DNA of 64,000 bases from Candidatus Woesearchaeota archaeon (lineage in GTDB: Archaea > Nanobdellota > Nanobdellia > Pacearchaeales > GW2011-AR1), in NCBI GenBank assembly GCA_964514585.1, contig CAZETU010000004.1, positions 1-64,000 of the forward strand, given 5' to 3'. Below the pieces are notes generated by a model that did no database searches, was not told the origin of the DNA, and worked only from the letters and a program-made list of their open reading frames with translations. The position numbers and the translations under genes are program-made. This document shows positions 56,318-64,000 of the stretch, piece by piece (position 1 is the stretch's first letter; each line of letters begins with the position of its first letter).

Positions 56318-58542
56318 AACAAAGTACTCTTGGCTTCAGTTTGTTCCTCAGCCTTCAACCGACCAAGCTCCTCCTCAGAATAATTGCAAACAATATACTT
56401 CGCCAAAATCGGATACCTCTCTTTCATTATCTCATAAACCCTATAAGCGATTCTCCTATACGAATCATGCGCCAACGGAATCGTCCTCAACTTAATCAAA
56501 TGATACAACTCCCTTAAATTCATCGTAATCAAAAACCTCTTCCTAAATCCAAGCGGCAAAAGATACTGCGCCTGCCACGGATACTTCTCACGAACCCTAT
56601 CGTAAACAACCTTCGCCTTTTCCATCGCAAGTCGATACTCACTTTCAACCCCAGCAGCCACGATATCTTTCGGAATATCATAGCCAAGGTCAGCAGTAAA
56701 AAGAGGATTCGTCTGAGTACAAATCCTATGCCTCTGCAAATCACGAAAAGCCCCATAATCCATCACAATCTCAAAACTAAAACTCTCATGCTCTAATTCC
56801 CTCATCGGATAATCAAATTCCCCCATCTTCCCAAGGTAATCATCCAAAACTCTTTCCTTATCAAAAACACTCATCAAAGCAACCTCTCGACTAATCTTAT
56901 CAAACGACTTATTATTAAATCTATACAAAATAGAAGAAACAATTCTATCCTCAGGATTTTCAGGAACCCCAACCAACTTCACCTTCTCCCCATCAAAATT
57001 ATTATCACCAAAATCATAACTCTGCATCGCATCCTGTGTATCACAAATATAATTTTTCTTATCCGCAAATTCCAATAAAGACGGCAAAACCTTCCGCCCC
57101 TCAACTTTCAACATCTCGCCAATCTCCTTCATCTCTTTCAGCGGATGCGACGAAAGCTTCGAAATAGCATGCGACAACTGTCTAGCATTAAGAGTCCACC
57201 CAAGGCTCGTCTTAGTACAGGTCGGAAGCAAATAACGAATAGCATCAAATCTCCGAGAACCACAAGCCCTTTCCCAAGCCGCCTTTGATCCCCCCGCCCC
57301 AAAAGGAGCCGAACCCTTGACATAATCCAAAACTGGAACATGTAGCTTCGTATAAGTCTCAAAAAGATAATCCAACATCTCACCAATCTCACCAACAAAT
57401 TCAGAATTCTTCAAAACAGGATCAAGATAAAACGAACTCCTATTAAACGAAACATACCTCGTAGACTTTTCGCAAAAAGAAGCCAATCTATTATCCTCAA
57501 TAATCTTCGTCGCCAAAATACTCACTCCCTCAAGACCAAATCCAACAACAGCCCCCTCAGCAATAGAACTATGACCATAACCAAGAACCCATTTCTCCAT
57601 AAATTGAATCGCCTTTTCCGTCGCGTGCTTAGTCGCCTCCCCAGCACCAGTCTTCTTTAACTCAGCAACAAGCAAATTAAAATTACTTTCATCCTCCTTC
57701 AGTAAATCCAAAAAACTATCCCTCAACCCGCCCTGAGACCGGCTATATCTCGCCTGCATCAAAGCCCAAACCTCAGGATGAAAATTCTTAGTAGCAAAAA
57801 TCGAGCTATCAACATTAGTAAAAAAATAATCCAAAACCAATCTTTCGTCAGAACTATAACTCAAACTATCACCCAACTTCTCCCAAAGTTCCTTATGAAT
57901 TTCTTCTGGTGTCTTCAAAGAGGCCATCGTTCCATCAGGCGCACAATTAATCTTAATCCAACCATACAACTCCGCCAAATGCAAATACGACTCCTCCGCA
58001 TTCCTCATATGCTCCTCATTACTCTCATGCCCATCAATATCCCCCTTCTCGGAACGAAACCTAGAACCCCGATTCCCCATTAACTCCTGACTAACCCCAT
58101 ACGGCATATAAAGAAAAACAACGACATCAGGCCTCGGCAAACTAAAATTCTCATACTCCAACTCACGCAACCACTCAAAAAAACTCTCCCTCTCTATCTC
58201 ATCACGAATCTTCCCTCCCTGGTGCCCCATATTAGACTCAACATATCTATCCAAAATCGTCACATTACCCTTCTTCAACTCGTCCTGAATAAACCTCTTT
58301 GACGCAAATCTATCCTCGGCATAAAAAATCGAAGCAACCTTCGCCGGAACCTCATTCGCAGGTCCAAGCCAACCATCAAGATACCGTCTCACAACCTTCC
58401 CAGTCGGCGTAGAATAATCCGGAAAATCCAAAGCCACAACTCCACGATTCATCGATTTCAATTTCTCAATCAACAAATCAATCTGCGTAGATTTCCCACA
58501 ACAATGACTTCCTTCAAAAACAATCAACTTACCCTTCCTCAT
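56314..58542 (-). CDS. thyX: Thymidylate kinase fused to two-domain flavin-dependent thymidylate synthase
   Basis: N-terminal Tmk (EGSHCCGKST, LDRY..SN); ThyX-like GHSSIAE, EKSTRYV and RDLQRHR. Confidence 0.88.
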   Translation of the reverse strand: MRKGKLIVFEGSHCCGKSTQIDLLIEKLKSMNRGVVALDFPDYSTPTGKVVRRYLDGWLGPANEVPAKVASIFYAEDRFASKRFIQDELKKGNVTILDRYVESNMGHQGGKIRDEIERESFFEWLRELEYENFSLPRPDVVVFLYMPYGVSQELMGNRGSRFRSEKGDIDGHESNEEHMRNAEESYLHLAELYGWIKINCAPDGTMASLKTPEEIHKELWEKLGDSLSYSSDERLVLDYFFTNVDSSIFATKNFHPEVWALMQARYSRSQGGLRDSFLDLLKEDESNFNLLVAELKKTGAGEATKHATEKAIQFMEKWVLGYGHSSIAEGAVVGFGLEGVSILATKIIEDNRLASFCEKSTRYVSFNRSSFYLDPVLKNSEFVGEIGEMLDYLFETYTKLHVPVLDYVKGSAPFGAGGSKAAWERACGSRRFDAIRYLLPTCTKTSLGWTLNARQLSHAISKLSSHPLKEMKEIGEMLKVEGRKVLPSLLEFADKKNYICDTQDAMQSYDFGDNNFDGEKVKLVGVPENPEDRIVSSILYRFNNKSFDKISREVALMSVFDKERVLDDYLGKMGEFDYPMRELEHESFSFEIVMDYGAFRDLQRHRICTQTNPLFTADLGYDIPKDIVAAGVESEYRLAMEKAKVVYDRVREKYPWQAQYLLPLGFRKRFLITMNLRELYHLIKLRTIPLAHDSYRRIAYRVYEIMKERYPILAKYIVCNYSEEELGRLKAEEQTEAKSTLL

Positions 58543-58611
58543 AAAAAACCCAATCTCCTATCCTTAATAAAAAAATATATACTCCAATATATATATTCCC
58601 CCTCAAGCTTC

Positions 58612-59358
58612 TCAATCGACTCCTTCCTTCTCCTTCTCATTCATGCCCTTCGTACTAAAAACAATCTCTTTCTCCTCAGTATCCTCAATCTCCACCTTCA
58701 CAATCTTGTAAACATCCTCATGTATTTCTTCAACACTTCTCATTTTCCCATCCGGAGTACACTTAATAACAGACCAACCAAATTTATCAGCACAATACAA
58801 AAACGCCTCAGAAGCATCATTAAGATGATTTATATCCGCCTCATGTATATCTCTTTTATTCCCACCAACATAATCTCGATGCCCCTTTTCATCAACCAAA
58901 ATCTGAGCAACAGCAGGATCAGCATAAAGTAAAATTTGACAATCAGGCTTCGGTATTTCAAAAATACTATATTCTAATTCATGCAGCCAATCCAAAAACT
59001 TATCTCTTTCAATAATATCTTTAATTTTACCAGATTGATGTCCCATATTCGCAGAAACATAACGATTACTAATACCTATTTCTCCATTTTCAAGACGCTT
59101 CCTAGCATCCTTTGATACAGCAAAACGATCACAGGCATAAAAAATAGATGCCCTATAAGGACCAACTTCCTCAGCACTACCAAATTTCCCAGTCAAATAA
59201 TCTTCAACCAATGCTGCACTTCTTTCTCCATATTGAGGAAAATCCAAAACAAAAACTGGGTACCCCTCTTCTTTCAACCTCTTAACCAACACCTCGGTCT
59301 GTGTTCCCTTTCCACTACCATCAATTCCATCAATAACAATCAACTTCCCCCTTTTCAT
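58612..59358 (-). CDS. tmk: Thymidylate kinase (second, stand-alone copy)
   Basis: DGIDGSGKGTQ, DFPQYG, SNRYVSANMGHQ; start placed by comparison with the paralog. Confidence 0.9.
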   Translation of the reverse strand: MKRGKLIVIDGIDGSGKGTQTEVLVKRLKEEGYPVFVLDFPQYGERSAALVEDYLTGKFGSAEEVGPYRASIFYACDRFAVSKDARKRLENGEIGISNRYVSANMGHQSGKIKDIIERDKFLDWLHELEYSIFEIPKPDCQILLYADPAVAQILVDEKGHRDYVGGNKRDIHEADINHLNDASEAFLYCADKFGWSVIKCTPDGKMRSVEEIHEDVYKIVKVEIEDTEEKEIVFSTKGMNEKEKEGVD

Positions 59359-59457
59359 ACAAAAATCAAAGTTCATCCCTTTATAAAAAAATATGCACTA
59401 CAGAATATACCTCACAAAAAACAATAAATTAATATAAACACATTCACAAAATATATT

Positions 59458-59874
59458 ATGAAAATATATTTCGCAGGATCAATTCGCGGAGGAAGAAAAG
59501 ACGCCGAACTCTACAATCAAATAATTGAATATCTAAAAACTCTAGGAGAAGTTCTCACTGAACACGTAGGAGACACAAACCTCTCACACCTTGGAGAAAA
59601 AACAAAAACACAATATATTCACGACAGAGATTTAAAATGGATAACAGAATGCAATATAATGATTGCAGAAGTTTCAACACCATCACTCGGAGTAGGATAC
59701 GAAATAAAAGACGCAATAACCAAAAACAAAAAAATTCTATGCTTATATCACCCACAAGAAAACAAAAGTCTCTCGGCAATGATAGCAGGCAGTCTAAATA
59801 TAACAAATAAATCCTACACAAATCTAGACGAAGCAAAACAAATAATTAATGAATTCCTAAAAACAATACAATAA
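59458..59874 (+). CDS. DNPH1/Rcl-like deoxynucleoside monophosphate N-glycosidase (NDT fold)
   Basis: KIYFAGSIRGGR, VLTEHV, IHDRDL.W, AEVSTPSLGVGYEI. Confidence 0.85.
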   Translation: MKIYFAGSIRGGRKDAELYNQIIEYLKTLGEVLTEHVGDTNLSHLGEKTKTQYIHDRDLKWITECNIMIAEVSTPSLGVGYEIKDAITKNKKILCLYHPQENKSLSAMIAGSLNITNKSYTNLDEAKQIINEFLKTIQ

Positions 59875-60708
59875 TCACATACACCCAATAATCTTACAAA
59901 AATTACAAACCTCTCCCGTCGACGGCTCCCCACATTTCCCACAAACCTTCAACTCCCGCTTATTCTCAGTCCGCAAAGAAGGAACCAGTTTTTGAAAATT
60001 TTCAACAATAGCTAACTTCTCATCATCCCCAATATGAGACATCCATTCCCTCGTATCAACCCGGTAAGTCCCAAAAGCACAAGGACACTTATCATACAAA
60101 ATATCAAACTTCTTCGACTTAGCATACTTCATAATCTCCGACTCCGGAACAAAAAACAAAGGCTTAACCCTCTGAGCAAATCCCTCAATCCTCCGTTCCC
60201 CAGCCGACGGCGCCGAATTAACCCCCAACAAAACATTCCCCTTCAAAAAATTCATCAAAACATTCTGAGCCTCATCATCCAAATTATGCCCCGTCACCAA
60301 AACATCACCCCCAAGCTTCTTCGCCCACTTATTCAAAATCCATCTCTTAATAATCCCACAAACAGTACACCCCGTCAAATTCTTCTCCTTCTTTAAAACA
60401 GCCTTAATAAAACAAATCCCCTGCCCCAACTCCTTCTTCAAATCAACAATAGTCAACGGCACACCAAGCTCCCCACAAAACGTCGTCATATTCTCATTAT
60501 GAACCCTCGACCAATCCCCCAAATGCAAATCAATCAACAACCCATGAACATCATAGCCCAAATTTTTCAAAATATACAAAACCGAAGTCGAATCCTTCCC
60601 ACCGGATAAAGCCACGACTACCTTATCTTTTTTCCCAATCAACTTATACTTGTCCACGGTTTCAGCGACTTTCTTCTCTATATCCATAATATAATAACAA
60701 AAAATCAT
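59875..60708 (-). CDS. TtuA/Ncs6-family tRNA 2-thiolation PP-loop ATPase
   Basis: ALSGGKDS, CTVC, TGHNLDDE, RVKPL, CP, C-terminal CGKC...CNFC. Confidence 0.88.
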   Translation of the reverse strand: MIFCYYIMDIEKKVAETVDKYKLIGKKDKVVVALSGGKDSTSVLYILKNLGYDVHGLLIDLHLGDWSRVHNENMTTFCGELGVPLTIVDLKKELGQGICFIKAVLKKEKNLTGCTVCGIIKRWILNKWAKKLGGDVLVTGHNLDDEAQNVLMNFLKGNVLLGVNSAPSAGERRIEGFAQRVKPLFFVPESEIMKYAKSKKFDILYDKCPCAFGTYRVDTREWMSHIGDDEKLAIVENFQKLVPSLRTENKRELKVCGKCGEPSTGEVCNFCKIIGCM

Positions 60709-60772
60709 CTTTTAAGTATAACGTTAACACAGATTCCCAAAACTTTATAAAGAAAAACAATCTTGACAAATA

Positions 60773-61714
60773 ATGACAGACAAGAAAGATACCAAAAAAA
60801 TTCTAAAAGACTTGTCTCAAAACTACTGGACGATTTCCACAGTTGTTTTAGCAGTAATTTTAATCATGGTATTAATTATAGGAAACACAGCTACTCCAAC
60901 AATCAACACAGACGCAATAGCACAAAAAGTTGTAGAACTCGCAGAAGCACAGGGAGCAAAGGCAGAATTGATAACGGCGGTTGATAACGGACAATTAATC
61001 GAAGTAACACTTTCAATGCCAGACCAACAAGGAAATATGCAAGAAGTTTCTCTATATGCAACACGAGATGGAGAAAACCTAATCTTACCAAACGGAATGA
61101 TCCCATTAGAAATACAAGAAACACCAGCGCCTACAGCACCAGCGCCTACACAAGTTCCTACTTCTAACAGACCCTCAGCAGAATTATTTATCATGACACA
61201 TTGCCCTTACGGAACTCAAGCAGAAAAAGGATTCATCTCAGCAATGAAAACATTACAGGACGTCGCTAATGTACAAATCAGATTCGTTCACTATTTTATG
61301 CACGACCCTGAAGAAACAGAAACACCAATTCAAGTCTGCATCAGAGAAGAACAACCAAGCAAATTCCTACCATACTTAGAATGTTTCCTTGAAGCAGGAG
61401 ACACAGACGCTTGTATCACAACAGCAAACGTAGACAAAACAAAAGTCGACGAATGTATCGCTAACGGAAACGCAGCAAAATACTACGAAGCAGATTCTGC
61501 ACTAAGCCAACAATACGGAGTAAGCGGAAGTCCAACATTAATAGTCAACGGAGCAAAATCAAGCGCAGGACGAGACTCAGCCTCATACCTAGCTGGAATC
61601 TGTTCAGCATTCAACGACGCTCCAGAAGTTTGTAACACAGAGTTATCAACAGCAGCTCCAAGCCCAGGATTCGGATACACAGCAGCAGGAAGCGCAACAA
61701 CAGCTCAGTGTTAA
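60773..61714 (+). CDS. Membrane-anchored thioredoxin-fold surface protein (single-Cys THCPYG site)
   Basis: N-terminal TM, Pro/Thr linker, LFIMTHCPYG, GVSGSPTL. Confidence 0.75.
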   Translation: MTDKKDTKKILKDLSQNYWTISTVVLAVILIMVLIIGNTATPTINTDAIAQKVVELAEAQGAKAELITAVDNGQLIEVTLSMPDQQGNMQEVSLYATRDGENLILPNGMIPLEIQETPAPTAPAPTQVPTSNRPSAELFIMTHCPYGTQAEKGFISAMKTLQDVANVQIRFVHYFMHDPEETETPIQVCIREEQPSKFLPYLECFLEAGDTDACITTANVDKTKVDECIANGNAAKYYEADSALSQQYGVSGSPTLIVNGAKSSAGRDSASYLAGICSAFNDAPEVCNTELSTAAPSPGFGYTAAGSATTAQC

Positions 61715-61734
61715 TAAAAATATTTTTAATTTTT

Positions 61735-62937
61735 TCAAGCAACAATCGGTTTATCTAAATATCCAATCTCGTCATCAGACAATCTCAAATCTTCTCGAAT
61801 CTTAGAACCCTGCAAAATAATCTTCAACAACATAAAATCCTTCATCGCAGTCTTCGTCGAAATATGACAATGCTTAGCATACTTCTGGCAAATCGTCTTC
61901 TTCTTCGCCGCCCTTTGATTCTGCAACCAAATCTTCAAAATCCGACTCGGCTTCTTATAACTAGTCCACCCCTTCCTATCATATTTCTTAACAGACGCAA
62001 CACCTGCCCCAAGCAAAAAATATTCATAAACCATAAACCTCCAATGCCTCTGCCTCCGAATCCGCCCACGAAAAACATCAGCCAAACTCAAAGCCTCAAT
62101 CGCCCGACACAATTCCTCACCCTGATACGCAATCGGCAAATTCTCCTCGACCCACAAAAACACATCGTCAATCGGCATGTTCACATCGTCATAAATATTC
62201 AACATCTTCTTATCAATATTAGCATTCTGAAAAACATGCTGCAAAGCCGAAAAAATCGACTGCTCCTTATCCCTCTCACCAACCTCCTGTAAAAGATCCG
62301 GCGAATCCATTTTCGACAAAAGCTGCAAATCATTCAACGCCGCCCGAATATCCCCCCGAGCCTTAATCGCAATCGACTTCAAAACGTCCCCACTAACAAC
62401 AACGCTCTCCTTCTCGCAAACATCCATCATAATCTTCAACACAACCTTATAGTCAACCTCCTTCAACGCAATCAACTCAGACTTATTCCGAAGCAAATTA
62501 AATTTCTTCTGCCAAATATCATTCGCCGTCACAACCACAGGAAACACCGACTTCTCCAAAAGACCCAATAACTCAGCAAGACCACCCCTATCCTTCATCG
62601 CCGAAATCCCATCAACCTCATCAACCAAAATAATCTTATTCTTCCTAAACAAACTCTTCTGTCTCGAAGCCGGCCCAACAATCATTGAAATCTTATCTTT
62701 ATTCCGAAAATCACTCGCATTCATTTCCAAAACCTCAGCATCAGTTTCAAACGCAATCGCATAAGCAAGACTAGTCTTCCCAACTCCCGGCGGCCCATGC
62801 AAAACCATCGCCTTCTTCTTCGGAAACATCTTCAAAAACAACTTAGCCTTATCAATCGCCAAATCCTGCCCCTTCACATCGTCAAAACATTTCGCCCGAT
62901 ACTTCTCGCACCACGGCACATTATCCATGTTCATCAT
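61735..62937 (-). CDS. rfcL: Replication factor C large subunit
   Basis: PWCEKYR, HGPPGVGKT, EMNASD, LVDEVDG, GDIRAALNDLQ. Confidence 0.93.
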   Translation of the reverse strand: MMNMDNVPWCEKYRAKCFDDVKGQDLAIDKAKLFLKMFPKKKAMVLHGPPGVGKTSLAYAIAFETDAEVLEMNASDFRNKDKISMIVGPASRQKSLFRKNKIILVDEVDGISAMKDRGGLAELLGLLEKSVFPVVVTANDIWQKKFNLLRNKSELIALKEVDYKVVLKIMMDVCEKESVVVSGDVLKSIAIKARGDIRAALNDLQLLSKMDSPDLLQEVGERDKEQSIFSALQHVFQNANIDKKMLNIYDDVNMPIDDVFLWVEENLPIAYQGEELCRAIEALSLADVFRGRIRRQRHWRFMVYEYFLLGAGVASVKKYDRKGWTSYKKPSRILKIWLQNQRAAKKKTICQKYAKHCHISTKTAMKDFMLLKIILQGSKIREDLRLSDDEIGYLDKPIVA

Positions 62938-63341
62938 CGTACCAACTCCAACTCCCCATTTATCACAACCAGAGACATCCCCCTCAATTCATCACTAAAA
63001 GAACAATTCGGCAAAGGATTATAAAAAAATATTTTCTTATTCATTTCCCATGCTTTAATCACTTCCATAAAAGTCGCGCCACCAATATAATTCGGAATTC
63101 CATTTTTCTCAAAATTCAAAACAAGAATTGCATCCTGCGGAGCAATAGACGCATCAGTTCTCCTCATCATCTCGTCCTTCCAATTTACATGCTCCTCGCT
63201 TCCACTCTCCATCTCCTCTTCCTCAAACGGATTCTCAAAACAATTAGGTAACGTAATCTCATGTCCTCTTAATTCCAAATTCTCTTTAATTGGCATAATC
63301 CTATCATAAAAATGCTTACTTGAAGCAATGAAAATTTTCAT
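62934..63341 (-). CDS. Hypothetical NDT-like protein inserted between rfcS and rfcL
   Basis: KIFIASS...DAILVLN...YIGGATFME...KKIF flavodoxin-like pattern. Confidence 0.55.
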   Translation of the reverse strand: MKIFIASSKHFYDRIMPIKENLELRGHEITLPNCFENPFEEEEMESGSEEHVNWKDEMMRRTDASIAPQDAILVLNFEKNGIPNYIGGATFMEVIKAWEMNKKIFFYNPLPNCSFSDELRGMSLVVINGELELVR

Positions 63342-63343
63342 AT

Positions 63344-64000
63344 TTACTCCGCCCCCTTCAGCCTACCCGTCTCACAACCGTCACCAATGCCAGCCATAAT
63401 AAACGCAGCAATCAAAGCTTCCAACTGAATAAACTCATCAGCACCCTCAACCAACCTAAACTCAGCCTCGCCAGTCTTCTCAGTCAATCGAACCTTCAAC
63501 GCATTATCAATCGGCAAATTCCAAACCTCTTTCTGAATCGCCTTAATCACATCCTGCCCCGAAATCGACTCTTTCAACATAATATCCAACAACTTCTCCC
63601 TCGAACTCTGAAAATCCCCACTCAAAGCATAATCAAGAACAATCTTAATATCCGAAGGCTTTGCCTTACTAACAATCGTGTTCACCAAATCCGGAGTAAT
63701 ATTAGGACTAATCGACGCCGTCGCCTGCAACAAATTAATAATCCTCCTACAATCTCCCTCGCTAGCCTCATACAAGGCATCAAACGCATCAGGAGTAATA
63801 CTAAGGCCCTCATACTCAGAAATCAAATCAATCCGCTTCTTAACGTCCTTCTTCTCCAACAACTGAAACCTAAACACAACCGTCCTAGACTGTATAGGGT
63901 CAAGTATCTTCGACGAATAATTACAAGACATAACAAACCTACAAGTCGAAGTATAATTCTCCATAGTCCTTCTCAAAGCCTGCTGCGCCTCCCTCGTCAA
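63344..64000 (-). CDS. rfcS: Replication factor C small subunit, C-terminal part; 5' end lies beyond the window
   Basis: AQQALRRTME, SCNYSSKILDPIQSR, GDCRRIINLLQ, IQLEAL. Confidence 0.95.
   Translation of the reverse strand: MTREAQQALRRTMENYTSTCRFVMSCNYSSKILDPIQSRTVVFRFQLLEKKDVKKRIDLISEYEGLSITPDAFDALYEASEGDCRRIINLLQATASISPNITPDLVNTIVSKAKPSDIKIVLDYALSGDFQSSREKLLDIMLKESISGQDVIKAIQKEVWNLPIDNALKVRLTEKTGEAEFRLVEGADEFIQLEALIAAFIMAGIGDGCETGRLKGAE

Noticed and set aside
1-64000. CRISPR arrays, rRNA genes, transposases, inteins and tRNA introns
   Set aside because: No regularly spaced repeats or rRNA-like tracts seen; RFC, RNR and RNAP ORFs show no intein-sized insertions; the four tRNAs fold without introns.

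Overview
A 64-kb chromosomal segment of a small-genome archaeon. It is most likely DPANN (Pacearchaeota-like), inferred from archaeal information-processing genes, a fused RNA polymerase A'/A'' subunit and many short orphan ORFs. Contents: (i) translation and replication housekeeping genes (tatD, dph5, ileS, trmB-like, argS, ABCE1, rnhB, endonuclease IV, dnaG, rfcL/rfcS, ttuA); (ii) the rpoH-rpoB-rpoA-L30e-nusA-S12-S7-EF2-EF1a superoperon, interrupted by two orphan genes; (iii) a copper-homeostasis cluster between tRNA-Thr and tRNA-Leu/tRNA-Met; (iv) an ~11-kb bacterial-like dNTP/thymidylate block (dcd, NUDIX, DUF1653-dut, nrdG, nrdD, nrdR, glyA, tmk-thyX, tmk, DNPH1-like); (v) four tRNAs. I saw no rRNA, CRISPR array, transposase or integrase. 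Most striking: a 954-aa Smc-type ATPase with no hinge and a Rad50-like CPVC zinc hook at its midpoint; a class III RNR whose glycyl-radical segment is a separate 40-aa ORF; tandem NrdR boxes 32 bp apart at an archaeal promoter; an orphan LpxC-like deacetylase; a GADFDGD variant of the RNAP NADFDGD motif; two tandem 24-aa hyperacidic micropeptides; a candidate membrane-tethered copper sensor with a palindromic operator; and three places where a diverged copy of a gene's 3' end is stranded beyond an inserted gene. All family calls come from motifs recognised by eye; no database search was run.
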